This document shows, piece after piece, positions 34,874 through 49,432 of a stretch of DNA of 64,000 nucleotides. The position numbers were made by a program, and so were the translations under genes. This stretch comes from Chloroflexota bacterium (GTDB lineage: Bacteria > Chloroflexota > Limnocylindria > Limnocylindrales > CSP1-4). The notes beneath the pieces were generated by a model. That model saw only the letters and a program-made list of their open reading frames with translations, did not search any database and was not told the DNA's origin. The stretch lies in the NCBI GenBank assembly GCA_005882635.1, contig VBFG01000042.1, positions 6,578-70,577 of the forward strand. Direction: 5' to 3'. Each line of letters starts with the position of its first letter. Position 1 is the first letter of the stretch.

Positions 34874-37438
34874 CTAGGCGCCGCGACCCGGGGCCGGGCC
34901 GCTGCCGCCCGGCTCGGGGGCGTCATTGTCCTCGATGCCACCGCGCTCTGCCAGCCCGGATCGGAAGGCGGCGATCGCGACGACCCGGTCGCCCTCGGCC
35001 AGGCGCATGACGATCACGCCGCGCGCGCTCGACGAGTAGCGGTTGATCGAGTTCGTGTCGGTCCGGATGACCTGGCCGCCGGCGCTGATCAGCAGCAGCT
35101 CCTCGTCCTCGTCCGTCACCTGCTGGACCGCCGCGACGGATCCCGTCTTCTTGCCCTCGAGGGCGATCAGCCGGACGCCCTGGCCGCCGCGGTGCTTGCG
35201 GCGGAACTCGGTCAGCGCGACCCGCTTGCCGTAGCCGGTCTCGGTGAGGACGAGGAGGTCGGCGTCCGGCTCGACGACGGTCATCGCCACGACGCTGTCA
35301 CCTTCCTTCTTGAGGAGCCGGATCCCGATGACCCCGGCCGCGACCCGACCCATCGGGCGGACCTCGTCCTCGGCGAACCGCGCGAGCATCCCCTCTGCGG
35401 TCGCGATGATCACGTCGTCGTCCCCGGCGGAGACGTCGACCCAGGCGAGCTCATCATCCTCGTTGATCGTGATCGCGAGGATCCCCGTCGATCGGACGCG
35501 CTCGAACTGCTCCAGCGGCGTCTTCTTGATGATCCCCTTGCGGGTGGCCATCACCAGGTAGTGCCCCGGCTCGAAGTTGGGCAGGACGATCGTCGCCATC
35601 GGGACCTCGCCGGCCTCGACCTGGACGCCCGGCAGGTTGATGATCGGGATGCCCTTGGCCTGGCGGCTCGCGTCGACGATCGAGTGGACCTTGGCGCTGA
35701 AGACCCGGCCGCGGTTCGTGAAGAACAGCGCCCAGTCGTGGGTGTTCGCGACGATGAGGTGCTCGACCGCGTCCTCCTCGCGGGTGACGTGGCCGATGAT
35801 CCCCTTGCCGCCGCGATGCTGGCGGCGGTAGGTCGCGACGGGCTGGCGCTTGATGTAGCCGCGGCCGCTGATCGTGATGACGACGTCCTCGTCGGCGATC
35901 AGGTCCTCGTCGGTCATCTCCCGGCTCGAGTCGTCGGCGACCCGCGTCCGTCGTTCTCCGGCGTGCTTCTGCTTCAGCTCGGCGAGCTCGTCCTTGATGA
36001 TCCCGAGCACCCGGGTCGGGTTGGCGAGGATGTCCTCGAGCTCGGCGATGAGCTGGATGACGCTGAGGTACTCGTCCTCGATCTTCTTGCGCTCGAGGGC
36101 GGCGAGACGGGCGAGGCGCATGTCGAGGATGGCGTTCGCCTGGAGCTCCGACAGGTCGAACCGGCTCATCAGGTTCGATCGCGCGGCCTCGACGTCGGCC
36201 GACTCGCGGATCGTCCGGATCACCGCGTCGAGGTTGTCGAGGGCGATCTTCAGGCCCTCGAGGATGTGGGCCCGCGCCCGGGCCTTGCCGAGGTCGTACT
36301 CGGTCCGCCGGCGGACGATGTCGCGGCGATGGTCGACGTAGTGCTGGAGGACGCTCTTGAGCGGCAGCGTCTGCGGCTGGCCGTCGACGAGCGCCAGCAT
36401 GTTCATGTTGAAGGCGAGCTGCATGGGGGTGTGCTTGAACAGGTTGTTCAGCACCTTGTGCGGGTTCGCGTCGCGCTTGATCTCGATGAAGATCCGCATC
36501 CCGTCGCGGTCCGACTCGTCGCGGAGGTCGGCGATGCCCTCGATCCGCTTGTCCTTGACCAGGTCGGCCATCTTCTCGAGGAGGGCGGCCTTGTTCACCT
36601 GGTAGGGCAGCTCGCTGACGATGATCGCCATCCGCTCGCCGTGGATCTCCTCGAAGGCGACCTGCGCCCGCATCACGACCCGGCCGCGGCCGTGGGCGTA
36701 CATCTGGCGGATCGCGTCGACGGTCTCCATCTCGCCGTTGAGCGGGTTCCGGACCTGCTCGAAGCGGTAGATCGTCCCGCCGGTCGGGAAGTCCGGCCCG
36801 AGGACGTACTTCGAAAGGTCGTCGGACGTGATCTCAGGATCGTCGATCAGCGCGATCGTCGCGTCGCAGACCTCGCCGAGGTGGTGGGGCGGGATGTTCG
36901 TCGCCATCCCGACCGCAATTCCGCTGCTGCCATTGACCAGGAGGTTCGGGAGCTTCGCCGGCAGGACGGTCGGCTGCTTCTGGGTGCCGTCGTAGTTGTC
37001 CTCGAAGTCGACGGTCTCCTTATCGATGTCATCGAGCATCTCGGCCGCGATCGCCGTCAGCCGCGCCTCGGTGTAGCGCATCGCTGCCGCCGAATCCCCG
37101 TCGACCGAGCCGAAGTTGCCCTGCCCGTCGACGAGCGGGTAGCGCATCGAGAAGTCCTGGGCGAGCCGGACGAGGGCGTCGTACAGCGCGACGTCGCCGT
37201 GCGGGTGGTATTTGCCCATCACCTCGCCGACGATCGCGGCGCACTTCCGGAAGGAGCTCGTCGCGCTGAGCCCCATCTCGCCCATCGTGTAGAGGATCCG
37301 GCGATGAACCGGCTTCAGGCCGTCGCGAACGTCGGGCAGGGCGCGCGACACGATCACGCTCATCGCGTAATCGAGGTAGCTGACCCGCATCTCGTCCTCG
37401 ATGCGGATCGCTCGGATCTGGCCCAGGTCGTCGGTCAC
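34874..37438 (-). CDS. gyrA: DNA gyrase subunit A
   Basis: 854 aa. [28 protein letters not shown], active-site AAMRYTE, C-terminal beta-pinwheel repeats. Confidence 0.97.
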   Translation of the reverse strand: MTDDLGQIRAIRIEDEMRVSYLDYAMSVIVSRALPDVRDGLKPVHRRILYTMGEMGLSATSSFRKCAAIVGEVMGKYHPHGDVALYDALVRLAQDFSMRYPLVDGQGNFGSVDGDSAAAMRYTEARLTAIAAEMLDDIDKETVDFEDNYDGTQKQPTVLPAKLPNLLVNGSSGIAVGMATNIPPHHLGEVCDATIALIDDPEITSDDLSKYVLGPDFPTGGTIYRFEQVRNPLNGEMETVDAIRQMYAHGRGRVVMRAQVAFEEIHGERMAIIVSELPYQVNKAALLEKMADLVKDKRIEGIADLRDESDRDGMRIFIEIKRDANPHKVLNNLFKHTPMQLAFNMNMLALVDGQPQTLPLKSVLQHYVDHRRDIVRRRTEYDLGKARARAHILEGLKIALDNLDAVIRTIRESADVEAARSNLMSRFDLSELQANAILDMRLARLAALERKKIEDEYLSVIQLIAELEDILANPTRVLGIIKDELAELKQKHAGERRTRVADDSSREMTDEDLIADEDVVITISGRGYIKRQPVATYRRQHRGGKGIIGHVTREEDAVEHLIVANTHDWALFFTNRGRVFSAKVHSIVDASRQAKGIPIINLPGVQVEAGEVPMATIVLPNFEPGHYLVMATRKGIIKKTPLEQFERVRSTGILAITINEDDELAWVDVSAGDDDVIIATAEGMLARFAEDEVRPMGRVAAGVIGIRLLKKEGDSVVAMTVVEPDADLLVLTETGYGKRVALTEFRRKHRGGQGVRLIALEGKKTGSVAAVQQVTDEDEELLLISAGGQVIRTDTNSINRYSSSARGVIVMRLAEGDRVVAIAAFRSGLAERGGIEDNDAPEPGGSGPAPGRGA

Positions 37439-37478
37439 AGGATCCTGCTCCTAACGATCGTTCGTTCGTGTGCCGTCG

Positions 37479-38449
37479 TCACGTCAGCGGCGGCTCGTCT
37501 ATCGGCATCCCCAGGAGGCCGCCACCGAATCGTTCGGCCGCCTCCGAGGCCCGAGAGGTCGACCGCGCGCCGGCTCGACGGCGAATGCCGTCGAGCCTCG
37601 CCCGGATCCGGTCGGCAGCGGCGGGGTCGATCTTCAGCAGGGCGTCCCGGATCACCCACGCCCGATGACCGTCGTTGGTTTCCGCCGCCTGGCTCGCCTC
37701 CGCGTCGAGGAACGCGGTCGTCGCGGCAAGATCGACGGCAGCCATCGATCTCAGCGCCCAGGCGAGCGCCTTCTGGACATCTGGCTCGGCATCGCCGATG
37801 AGCTCGCCGATCAGCCCGAGACCGTGCCGGGCGACCTCGGGATCCCGGCCGCGCCGGCGATCGATGAACGGCATCGTCGCGATCGTGCTGCCGACCAGCC
37901 GGCGCTCCCAGCGCGAAGGGCTGTAGACGAGCTGCTCGAGCTCGGCCCAGCGGTATGGCTCGTTCAGGATGCCCTTCCCGACGGGGTGGGCCAGGCTGTC
38001 GACCGTGATCCAGTCCCCGGCGTCACGAGACGCGCGGCGGATCAGCTGCCACGCTCGCTCCGTGTCGTCGACGACGAGGCGCTCGAGCAGGCCGAACGCG
38101 AACCAGCGGGCCTCGAGCTTCGATTCGCGAGACAGCCGATCGGCCACCTCCAGCCAGCCCGAGGTGCGCTCGCTGCGAGTCGCCTCTCGGAAGCCGCGCC
38201 GAACGGCCTCGATCAGGGGCCAGCGGACGCCGTGGCGATCGCCGATCCCGGGAGCGATCCGCCGTTGACCCTCGAGGTAGGCGGGGTCCGCCAGGTCGGC
38301 CAGCCCAGCCCGGAGAGCCGTCGCGAAGGCCGCCGGGTCGCCGATCTCGTCGGCGAGTCGGGCGCCGAGGGCCTCGGCCTCGGGGCGGCGATCTGCGACG
38401 AAGGCGTTGGCCTCGGCCGTGATCGGGCTGAGGGTCGCGGCGGTGGGGC

Positions 38450-38453
<4 letters not shown>
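37479..38453 (-). CDS. DNA alkylation repair enzyme (AlkD-like HEAT-repeat) family protein
   Basis: Track ORF trimmed to ATG 38453, which overlaps the upstream TGA (ATGA). Pattern WFAFGLLERL...DWITVDSLAHPVGKGIL...SRWERRLVGSTIATMPF...DVQKALAWALR. Confidence 0.7.
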
Positions 38454-41823
<3,370 letters not shown>

Positions 41824-41827
<4 letters not shown>

Positions 41828-42666
41828 GATGCCGCCCCAACGGTCAGCCGCGCCGTGGCTTCGTCGGCGGCCGGATCGACATCCGAGGGCGGGCTGACCT
41901 CGCGGCGATCTCGTCGAAGGAGCTCGGCTGCGAGCTCCGCGTAGGCGATTGCGCCCCTCGAATCGGAGCGATAGAGGGCGATCGGGAGGCCGAAGCTCGG
42001 TGCCTCAGACAGCCGCACGCTGCGCGGGATCACGGTGTCGAACACGGCGCGGCCGAAATGGTTGCGGACCTCGGAAGCGACGTCCGCGGACAGGTTCGTC
42101 CGCGCATCGAACATCGTGAGCACGACGCCCTTGATCGCCAGCGGCGGGTTCAGGTTGTCGCGGACGAGGTTCAGAGTGGCGATCAACTGGGTGAGGCCCT
42201 CCAGGGCGTAGTACTCACACTGCGTCGGGATCAGGATCGAGTCGCAGCCGGTCAGGGCGTTGACGGTCAGCAGACCGAGTGACGGTGGGCAATCGAGCAG
42301 GACGTAGTCGTAGCCAGCGGGCACGTCCCCGAGGGCTCGGGCAAGCCGTCGTTCACGCTGCGGCGAAGACGCCAACTCGACTTCGGCTCCCGCCAGGGCA
42401 ACCGATGCGGGTGCCAGATCGCATCGCTCGACGGATGTCGGCAGGATCACCGACTCGAGGTCGCGATCCCCCAGAAGGACGTCGTAGAGCGTCGCGCGAA
42501 GCGCGTTCCGTTCCACGCCGAAGCCGCTTGTCGCGTTTCCCTGCGGGTCGAGATCGAGAACGAGGATCCGTTGTCCGGAGATGGCGAGGGAGGTCGCCAG
42601 ATTGACTACGGTCGTCGTCTTTCCGACGCCGCCCTTCTGGTTTGCACAGGCGATCGTTTGACCCAC
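41824..42666 (-). CDS. parA: chromosome partitioning ATPase ParA/Soj
   Basis: Deviant Walker A NQKGGVGKTTT. 280 aa. Its stop overlaps the parB start. GTG start. Confidence 0.93.
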
Positions 42667-42701
42667 TCAGGACCGCCCGGAGGAAGCGCTCACGTCCATC
42701 C

Positions 42702-42726
42702 ATTCTAGCATCCGAGGCGGTTTCAC
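42702..42726 (-). promoter_or_regulatory. putative parA promoter (extended -10 TGcTAGAAT) with a half-parS (GTGAAACC) at the -35 position
   Basis: The minus strand reads ggGTGAAACCgcctcggaTGcTAGAAT, about 36 nt upstream of the parA GTG. Prediction only. Confidence 0.35.
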
Positions 42727-42833
42727 CCCTTGATTCGGCGCGCCGTCGACACGGTTGCACACGCTCCTTATCAGCCGATTGACCGGCGCTCTCCGCGTCC
42801 TCGACGCAGCCTCTCCAGCCGGGGTCGGCGGGC

Positions 42834-42849
42834 GGTTTCACGTGAAACC
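42834..42849. promoter_or_regulatory. parS: parS centromere-like site
   Basis: GGTTTCACGTGAAACC is a perfect 16-bp palindrome. The inner 14 positions match the parS consensus tGTTtCAcGTGAAAca. It lies 168 bp upstream of parA. Confidence 0.85.
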
Positions 42850-43044
42850 ACAGACGAGCGCGTGCCTGTTCCGCGGGAACCGTCAGGGACCTCAGAAACC
42901 TCTGCCTATGACCGTCCCGCCCGATCGAACCATTGCCCGTCGGCGTCGTCGCGTGGGATACTGGCAATGGACGTCACCGCCGCCGATCGTCAGATGTCGC
43001 CCGCGATCAAGGCGCGAGTTGGCTCGCCGAGGATCGGATCGCCA

Positions 43045-43548
43045 ATGACCTTGCTCGTCGCCGCGATCGCTGCGACGGTGGCTGCCATCGCTGAATCGAC
43101 CATCACGCCATATCTCCGGGTGGGCAATGCCCAACCGCATCTGGTCTTCGTTCTGGCGGTCGTCTGGACCGTCGCCGTCGGACTCGACAGCGGCCTCGTC
43201 TGGGCGTTCGTTGGAGGACTCGCCCTCGACACGCTTGCCCAGCGACCGCTGGGCAGCACCGCCTTCGCCTTGCTCCTGGCCGTCGGGCTGACCGCGGCCA
43301 TCGCTCGTCCACTCAATCGGCTCCGGCCGATCGCCGCAATCATCGTCACCGCCGTCCTGAGCCTCGTCTATTCGATGACTCTCGTCGTCCTCTTCTCCGT
43401 CCTGCGACCGCCGGCGGCTCTGGCCGAGCCGCTGAAGTTCGTCGCGCCAAGCGTTCCGTACGACGTGATCGTCGCGGCGATCCTTGGTCCGTTGGCCGTC
43501 TCGATCCACGACCGGTTCTCCCATGACGAGGAGCGTGTCCCGCGGTGA
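43045..43548 (+). CDS. mreD: rod shape-determining protein MreD
   Basis: Track ORF 42730..43548 trimmed to ATG 43045 (MTLLVAAIAATV). About 167 aa with five hydrophobic segments. It lies immediately upstream of and overlaps mrdA. ATG 42967 and 42994 are alternative starts. Confidence 0.7.
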   Translation: MTLLVAAIAATVAAIAESTITPYLRVGNAQPHLVFVLAVVWTVAVGLDSGLVWAFVGGLALDTLAQRPLGSTAFALLLAVGLTAAIARPLNRLRPIAAIIVTAVLSLVYSMTLVVLFSVLRPPAALAEPLKFVAPSVPYDVIVAAILGPLAVSIHDRFSHDEERVPR

Positions 43549-45467
43549 CTCCCCTCCTCGACGGCCGCCGCCAGTACTCCCGCCCGAACAACCGGTTCCT
43601 GATCTTCGCGCTGGCGGCGATCCTCGCGATCGGTGGGCTGACGACGCGGCTCTTCTATCTCCAGATCGTGAACGGCGGCCAGTTCACGGTGCTCAGCGAG
43701 GGCAACCGGACGTCGGCCGAGGCGATCCCGTCGGCGCGTGGCCTGATCTACGACCGCCGCGGCGTGGCGCTCGTCAAGAACGTTCCGACCTTCGCCGTCA
43801 AGATCCGCCCGGTCGACCTTCCCGAAGACCGCCGCGATGACGTGGTCTCGCGCCTGGCGTCGCTGCTGAACATGGATCCGGCCGACATCAACGGCGCGAT
43901 CGACAGCAATCCGGGCTCACGCTTCGATCTCGTCCGGATCGCAACCGACGTTCCCGACGCGACCGCTCGGTTGCTCTCGGAAGCCGGCGATGCCCTTCCC
44001 GGCGTCGAGGTCGTCATCGAGGCTCGGCGCCAGTACCCGCTGGGGACGTTGGTGTCGCAGCTCCTGGGCTACACGGGACCGGTGTCGCCGGACCAGCTCC
44101 CGGCGCTCCGGACCGAGGGATACCTCCCCGACGACCTGCTCGGCAAGACCGGGATCGAGGCCTACTACGAGACGCAGCTCCGGGGGACGTACGGGTCGAA
44201 GACCGTCGAGAAGGACGCCTCCGGTCGCAAGATCCAGGACCTCCAGACGGTGACCCAGGCGCAGTCCGGGGATTCGCTGACGCTGACGATCGACGCCAAA
44301 GAACAGGCACTGGCCCAGAAGGCACTCCTATGGGGCATGCGCGCCGCAGGCCTGAAGCGGGGCGTGGTGATCGTCGAGAACCCGCAGACCGGCGAGATCC
44401 TGGCGATGGTCAGCCTGCCGACCTACGACGACAACGCGTTCGCCCGCGGCATCAGCGGGAAGGCGTACGCGAAGCTGCTCGCTGACAAGAACAAGCCGCT
44501 GCTGAACCACGCCATCCAGGCTCACTACCCGCCGGGCTCGACGTACAAGCTGGTGACCGGATCCGGGGCGCTGTCCGATCACAAGATCTCAACGTCGACG
44601 CGGGTCACCACGCGGCCCTACCTCCTCCTCGGCCAGACGAAGTTCTGGGAATGGAATCACCGGGGCTGGGGCGCGATCCCGATCATGCTCGGCTTCGCCC
44701 ACTCGAGCGACACGTTCTTCTTCCAGCTCGCCGGCATGCTCGGCATCGATCGGCTCGCCCACTGGGCCAAGAACTTCGGCTTTGGCGCGCCCACCGGGAT
44801 CGATCTTCCCGGAGAGGTGGCCGGAATCGTCCCGAGCAACCCGTGGAAGCAGGAGATGTTCGGGGAGAAGATCTATCCCGGTGAGGTCTACCAGGCCGGG
44901 ATCGGCCAGGGCTACGACGTCGTGACGCCGATCCAGCTGATCAACGCCTACGCGGCCCTCGCCAACGGCGGCAAGCTGTACAAGCCGCAGGTCGTCCGGC
45001 AGATCATCGGGCCGGACGGCTCGGTCGTCCGACCCTTTGCCCCGAAGCTGATTCGCCGGCTGGCCGTGCCGCGGAGCGTCCTGACGACGATGCGCGAGGC
45101 CGCCCGGAACGTCGTCCTCGTCCGCCACACCTACAACCTCGTCGATCTCCCGATCGTCGTGGCCGGCAAGTCCGGAACAGCCGAGTTCGGCATCCGCGAC
45201 AGCAAGGGCCGGTTGCCGTTCCACTCGTGGTTCATCGGGATCGTGCCGAAGAACCCGAAGAAGGTCGCCTCGGATCCGACGGGGATGAAGGCGATGGCCC
45301 GCGAGGATGCCCAACTGGTGGTCCTCGCCTTCGCCTACGACTCACGGACAAAGGGCAACACCGCCACTGAGATCGTGAAGTACTACCTCCAGCTCCATTT
45401 CAACATCAAGCACGACTACCGCAACTTTGACCTGCTGCATCGCGGCAACTTCTACCAGTCGAACTGA
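43545..45467 (+). CDS. mrdA: penicillin-binding protein 2 (elongation transpeptidase)
   Basis: 640 aa. N-terminal TM, then SxxK (PGSTYKL), SxN-like and KSGT (GKSGTAE) motifs. Confidence 0.9.
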   Translation: MTPLLDGRRQYSRPNNRFLIFALAAILAIGGLTTRLFYLQIVNGGQFTVLSEGNRTSAEAIPSARGLIYDRRGVALVKNVPTFAVKIRPVDLPEDRRDDVVSRLASLLNMDPADINGAIDSNPGSRFDLVRIATDVPDATARLLSEAGDALPGVEVVIEARRQYPLGTLVSQLLGYTGPVSPDQLPALRTEGYLPDDLLGKTGIEAYYETQLRGTYGSKTVEKDASGRKIQDLQTVTQAQSGDSLTLTIDAKEQALAQKALLWGMRAAGLKRGVVIVENPQTGEILAMVSLPTYDDNAFARGISGKAYAKLLADKNKPLLNHAIQAHYPPGSTYKLVTGSGALSDHKISTSTRVTTRPYLLLGQTKFWEWNHRGWGAIPIMLGFAHSSDTFFFQLAGMLGIDRLAHWAKNFGFGAPTGIDLPGEVAGIVPSNPWKQEMFGEKIYPGEVYQAGIGQGYDVVTPIQLINAYAALANGGKLYKPQVVRQIIGPDGSVVRPFAPKLIRRLAVPRSVLTTMREAARNVVLVRHTYNLVDLPIVVAGKSGTAEFGIRDSKGRLPFHSWFIGIVPKNPKKVASDPTGMKAMAREDAQLVVLAFAYDSRTKGNTATEIVKYYLQLHFNIKHDYRNFDLLHRGNFYQSN

Positions 45468-45522
45468 TGAGCACGCGACGGTTCCTCCGCCAGGGACGCG
45501 TCCCCGCGACGGGGGGTGGGCG

Positions 45523-46683
45523 ATGGGCGTGATCCGCGCCGAGCCCGCCCGGATGACCGACTGGGCCGCTCGCTCGATCGGTGCGGCCTGGCGCGCCTTC
45601 GACCTCCAGCTCGCCGCCTACGCGGGACTGCTCGCGATCCTCGGGCTGGTGATGGCCTACACGAACAGCGTCGAGCAGGGCCAGGCGGTGCTTAGCGGCG
45701 GAACGACCTTCGTCCGGGGGTTGATGTGGACCGGCATCGCCCTGATCGCCTTCGTGGTCACGACGGCGTTCGACTACAAGTGGCTCAAGACGTTCGCCTG
45801 GCCGCTCTATGCGCTGCAGCTGGGTCTGCTCCTCGCCACGCTCGCGATCGGCCATGGCGTCGGCGGCGCGTCACGCTGGATCTCGGTGGGCCCGTTCGAC
45901 TTCCAGTTCAGCGAGCTCGCCAAGATCCTGATGATCGTCGTGCTCTCGAACTACCTCGGCGCTCGACAGGGCCGGCTCGGGTCGCTGACGTCGATCCTCG
46001 GTGCCTGCGTCCTCGTCGCGCCGCCGTGGATCCTCGTGATGCTCCAACCCGACCTCGGGACCTCGCTGGTGATGATCGGGATCCTCGCCGGGATGCTGTT
46101 CATGTCGGGCGCCAGCCTCCGCTGGCTGGGCTCCATGGCGGGACTGGTCCTTGCCTCGCTGCCGATCGTCTGGAACTACATCCTGCGCGACTACCAGAAG
46201 CAGCGGCTGCTGTCGTTCCTCGATCCGTCGTCGGACACCCAGGGAGCCGGCTACCAGCTGTTCCAGTCCCAGATCGCGGTCGGGTCGGGCGGCCTCACCG
46301 GGACCGGCCTGACGAACGGCTCGCAGAACCAGCTGAACTTCCTGCCGGTCCAGGAGAGCGACTTCGTCGCCGCGATCTACCTCGAGGAGCTCGGCTTCGT
46401 CGGCGCCCTCGTCCTGCTCGTCCTGTTCGCCGCGCTCCTCTTCCGGCTCATGGTGGCCGGCTGGCGGTCGAAGGACCCGTTCGGGATGATGTTCGCCTCC
46501 GGCCTCGCGTCGATGATCCTCTTCCAGCTCGTCGTCAATCTCGGGATGGTCATCGGGCTCATGCCGATCACCGGCATCCCGCTGCCGTTCATCTCCCATG
46601 GCGGGGCGTCGCTGATCAGCCTCGCCGTCGGCCTGGGGATCGTCCAGAGCATCAACATCAGACAGACCCGCGCCGAGTGGTGA
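45523..46683 (+). CDS. rodA: SEDS-family peptidoglycan polymerase RodA
   Basis: Track ORF trimmed to ATG 45523. Contains FQFSELAKILMIVVLSNYL, QPDLGT, GYQLFQSQIAVGSGGL, ESDFVAAIY and LPFISHGGASL. Confidence 0.9.
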   Translation: MGVIRAEPARMTDWAARSIGAAWRAFDLQLAAYAGLLAILGLVMAYTNSVEQGQAVLSGGTTFVRGLMWTGIALIAFVVTTAFDYKWLKTFAWPLYALQLGLLLATLAIGHGVGGASRWISVGPFDFQFSELAKILMIVVLSNYLGARQGRLGSLTSILGACVLVAPPWILVMLQPDLGTSLVMIGILAGMLFMSGASLRWLGSMAGLVLASLPIVWNYILRDYQKQRLLSFLDPSSDTQGAGYQLFQSQIAVGSGGLTGTGLTNGSQNQLNFLPVQESDFVAAIYLEELGFVGALVLLVLFAALLFRLMVAGWRSKDPFGMMFASGLASMILFQLVVNLGMVIGLMPITGIPLPFISHGGASLISLAVGLGIVQSINIRQTRAEW

Positions 46684-47891
46684 CGGCCGCGTCCGAGACG
46701 GGGCGCGGCAGACGACGAGACGCACGACGGGCCATCCCGCCGTCCGTCGTCCTCGTCCTCGTCGGGCTCGCGATCTCTTTGGTCGGGCCGAACCTCTCGC
46801 TGCCCATCTCGCCCCACCTGATCCTCGCCATCGTCCTCCCCGGCCTGGTGTTCGAGGCGGCGTTCCGGACGACTCTCGAGGTCCTCCGGCCGGCGGCCGC
46901 CGGGGTCCTCCTGCTGGCGATCCCCGGCGTCGTCGTCGTGGCCGCGATCGTGGCCGTCGTCCTGGCCGCGACGACGGGCCTGTCGCTCGAGGAGGCGTTC
47001 GTCGTCGGTGCCATGGTCGCGGCCACGGACCCGGCCGCGGTCCTGTCGACGTTCCGACGCGTCGCCGTGCCTCACCGACTCGCCACGACGGTCGAGATGG
47101 AGAGCCTGGTCAACGACGGAACGGGGATCGTCCTGTTCGCGGTGGCCCTCGAGATGCTGACCGGCGGCGGCTCAGCGGGCGGGGCGGCCGTGCAGTTCGT
47201 CGTGAGCATCATCGCCAGCAGTGGGCTCGGCCTGGTGCTCGGCCGGGCCATGGCCGGCCTGGTCGGGCACGTCCACCACCACATCACCGAGCTCGCCCTG
47301 ACGGGCCTGCTCGCCTACGGCGCGTATCTCGCTGCCGACGCCGTCGGCTTTTCCGGCGTCATCGCGACCCTCGCCGCGGCGACCGTCTTCGGGGCAACGG
47401 GCCGCGGCTCGCTGACGAAACGGACGATCGAGACGATCGATGTCGTCTGGGAATGGGTGGCCTTGCTCCTGACCGCAGCCGTGTTCCTCCTGGTCGGGCT
47501 GTCGATCGCGCCCCAGTCCCTGATCCACGCGGCCGGGCCGATCGCCTGGGGGGTCGTTGCCATCCTGCTCGGCCGGGCCGTCGTCGTTTATCTGCTCCTC
47601 GGAGGAGCCTCGCAACTGGTCGCCTGGATCGGTGGGTGGCGAACGGAGTCGAACGCATCGAGCGGATCGCGGCGCAACCCGATCCCGCTGCCGTGGCTCC
47701 ACGTCCTGTTCTGGGCCGGGCTCCGGGGCGCCGTGTCCGTGGCGCTGGCGCTGTCCCTGCCGACCGATCTCCCGAACCGGGACCTGCTCCAGGGCATCAC
47801 GTTCGGGATCGTCCTGTTCACGCTCCTGGTCCAGGGGACGACGGCGACCTGGGTCGTTCGCCGCTCCGGGGCCTCGGTCGCGACTGCCTGA
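46677..47891 (+). CDS. cation:proton (Na+/H+) antiporter, CPA1-type
   Basis: Real part of track ORF 45726..47891. GTG 46677 or 46680 overlaps the rodA stop. Contains LPGLVFEAAF, GAMVAATDPAAV and ESLVNDGTGIVLF. Confidence 0.8.
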   Translation: MVTAASETGRGRRRDARRAIPPSVVLVLVGLAISLVGPNLSLPISPHLILAIVLPGLVFEAAFRTTLEVLRPAAAGVLLLAIPGVVVVAAIVAVVLAATTGLSLEEAFVVGAMVAATDPAAVLSTFRRVAVPHRLATTVEMESLVNDGTGIVLFAVALEMLTGGGSAGGAAVQFVVSIIASSGLGLVLGRAMAGLVGHVHHHITELALTGLLAYGAYLAADAVGFSGVIATLAAATVFGATGRGSLTKRTIETIDVVWEWVALLLTAAVFLLVGLSIAPQSLIHAAGPIAWGVVAILLGRAVVVYLLLGGASQLVAWIGGWRTESNASSGSRRNPIPLPWLHVLFWAGLRGAVSVALALSLPTDLPNRDLLQGITFGIVLFTLLVQGTTATWVVRRSGASVATA

Positions 47892-47922
47892 CCGAGGCTC
47901 GGGGCCGCCGCGTCGACGTCGC

Positions 47923-48531
47923 TCAGCGGCGCCGGAAGAGACCGCGCCGCTGGAGGTCGGCCGCGGGGACGCTCCGCCTTCGACCGGCCTTGCGGAGCAG
48001 CTCGTCGATCTCCTCTCGGTATGGCCGCCCGATCGGCATCCGGTCGAGCCACTCGACGTAGTCGATGTCGCGCCGAGCGACCTCGCCAAGCGACCAGCCC
48101 GCGTACCGCCCGAAGGGGAGGACGGTGCCCGACGGGTTGCCGGGCGGAGGCCCGGCCGCGCCGTAGCCGTCGGCGGCGCGCATCCGCGTCGGGTCGTAGC
48201 CGCTCCCGGTCGTCGACCGCCCGCTCGTCCAGTCCGGCGAGACCGTCTCGGGCGGTCGCCCGGCCGTCGGACCGGACGTCGCCGATGGTGGGGCGGCCGG
48301 GCCCGGCGAAACGGTCGGCCCCGCCGCCGCTCCGCGGCGCTCACGATCGTGCAGCGCGCGCCGTCCGGGGTCACGGAGGAGCTCCCACGCAACATTGATG
48401 GACGCCATCCGGGCCGCCCCGTCAGCGCCCGCCACGTCGGGGTGGTATTTCTGGGCAAGCCGCCGGTACGCGGCCTGGATCACCTCGTCCTCCGCCTCCG
48501 GATCGACCTGGAGGACCTTGTACGGATCCAT
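47923..48531 (-). CDS. J-domain protein with Pro/Gly-rich linker and DUF3820-like C-terminal domain
   Basis: J domain DPYKVLQVDPEAEDEVIQAAYRRLAQKYHPD. C-terminus LPFGRYAGWSLGEVARRDIDYVEWL. Confidence 0.8.
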   Translation of the reverse strand: MDPYKVLQVDPEAEDEVIQAAYRRLAQKYHPDVAGADGAARMASINVAWELLRDPGRRALHDRERRGAAAGPTVSPGPAAPPSATSGPTAGRPPETVSPDWTSGRSTTGSGYDPTRMRAADGYGAAGPPPGNPSGTVLPFGRYAGWSLGEVARRDIDYVEWLDRMPIGRPYREEIDELLRKAGRRRSVPAADLQRRGLFRRR

Positions 48532-48552
48532 CGCGCGGGCAGACTAGCAGAC

Positions 48553-49320
48553 GTGGCTGGCCCTTCCGACGCTCTTCGTGCCGCCGTGACGGCGTCCCCG
48601 ATCGTGGTCCCCGCCGAGGCCCGCCAGCGCTGGCGGATCACCTTCCGCCGCGAGCCGGTCGCGCCCGATCGCGTCGGCCGCTGGGCGGTCGAGTCGTGGG
48701 GCGCATGCCTTGCCGCGTCAGGCCTGCCGATCGCGGGCCTCGACGCCGACAGCGGCCGTGCCCGATTTGCCATCGGTGCCCCGCTCCCCGCCGGCGCTGC
48801 GGGCGAGGCCGAGTTGCTCGAGATCTGGCTGACGGAGCGGCTGCCGGCGTGGCGGGTTCGGGAATGCCTCGAGCCCGTCCTGCCCGAGGCGCACGGTTGG
48901 GTGGCCGCGGACGACGTGTGGCTCGGGGCTCCTGCTCTACCCGGTCGGATCGTCGCCGCCGACTGGCGGATCGAGCTCGCCTCGCCGCATCCCGGAAGCT
49001 CCGAGGTCGAGCGACTCGCGGCAGCTGCCCGCGACCTCCTCGCCTCCGCATCGATTCCTCGGGTCCGGATCAAGGGGACCGTCGAGAGACGCTACGACCT
49101 GCGGCCGCTCCTGGCCGACCTGCGGGTCGAGGCTGGGCCGCCGCCGGCCGTCCTCGCTCGCACGCGCATCGATGCCGAGCTCGGGTCCGGTCGACCTGAC
49201 GAGGTGATCGCAGCCCTGTCGGACGCGGCGGGTATCACGGTCGAGATCGCGGCCTTGACGCGGGTGCGGCTGATCCTCGCCGACGACGTCGCCCGGCCCG
49301 ACGGGACGCCGCGCGATTGA
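48553..49320 (+). CDS. TIGR03936/DUF2344-family (radical-SAM-associated) protein
   Basis: Real part of track ORF 47557..49320. GTG 48553 is the first start beyond the convergently overlapping J-domain gene. Pattern WRITFRRE...SGLPIAG...ARFAIGAPLPAGAAGEAELLEIWL. Typical location upstream of rplU-rpmA. Confidence 0.7.
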   Translation: MAGPSDALRAAVTASPIVVPAEARQRWRITFRREPVAPDRVGRWAVESWGACLAASGLPIAGLDADSGRARFAIGAPLPAGAAGEAELLEIWLTERLPAWRVRECLEPVLPEAHGWVAADDVWLGAPALPGRIVAADWRIELASPHPGSSEVERLAAAARDLLASASIPRVRIKGTVERRYDLRPLLADLRVEAGPPPAVLARTRIDAELGSGRPDEVIAALSDAAGITVEIAALTRVRLILADDVARPDGTPRD

Positions 49321-49432
49321 CGCTCCGACGCGTTCGACCGTACACTCCGCGTTCGCGCTTGGTCCAGCCCGGCGCCTCTCCATGTCCGTCGTCGCGGTCG
49401 GCCACGACCGCTGCACCAGTTCGAAGGGTTCC

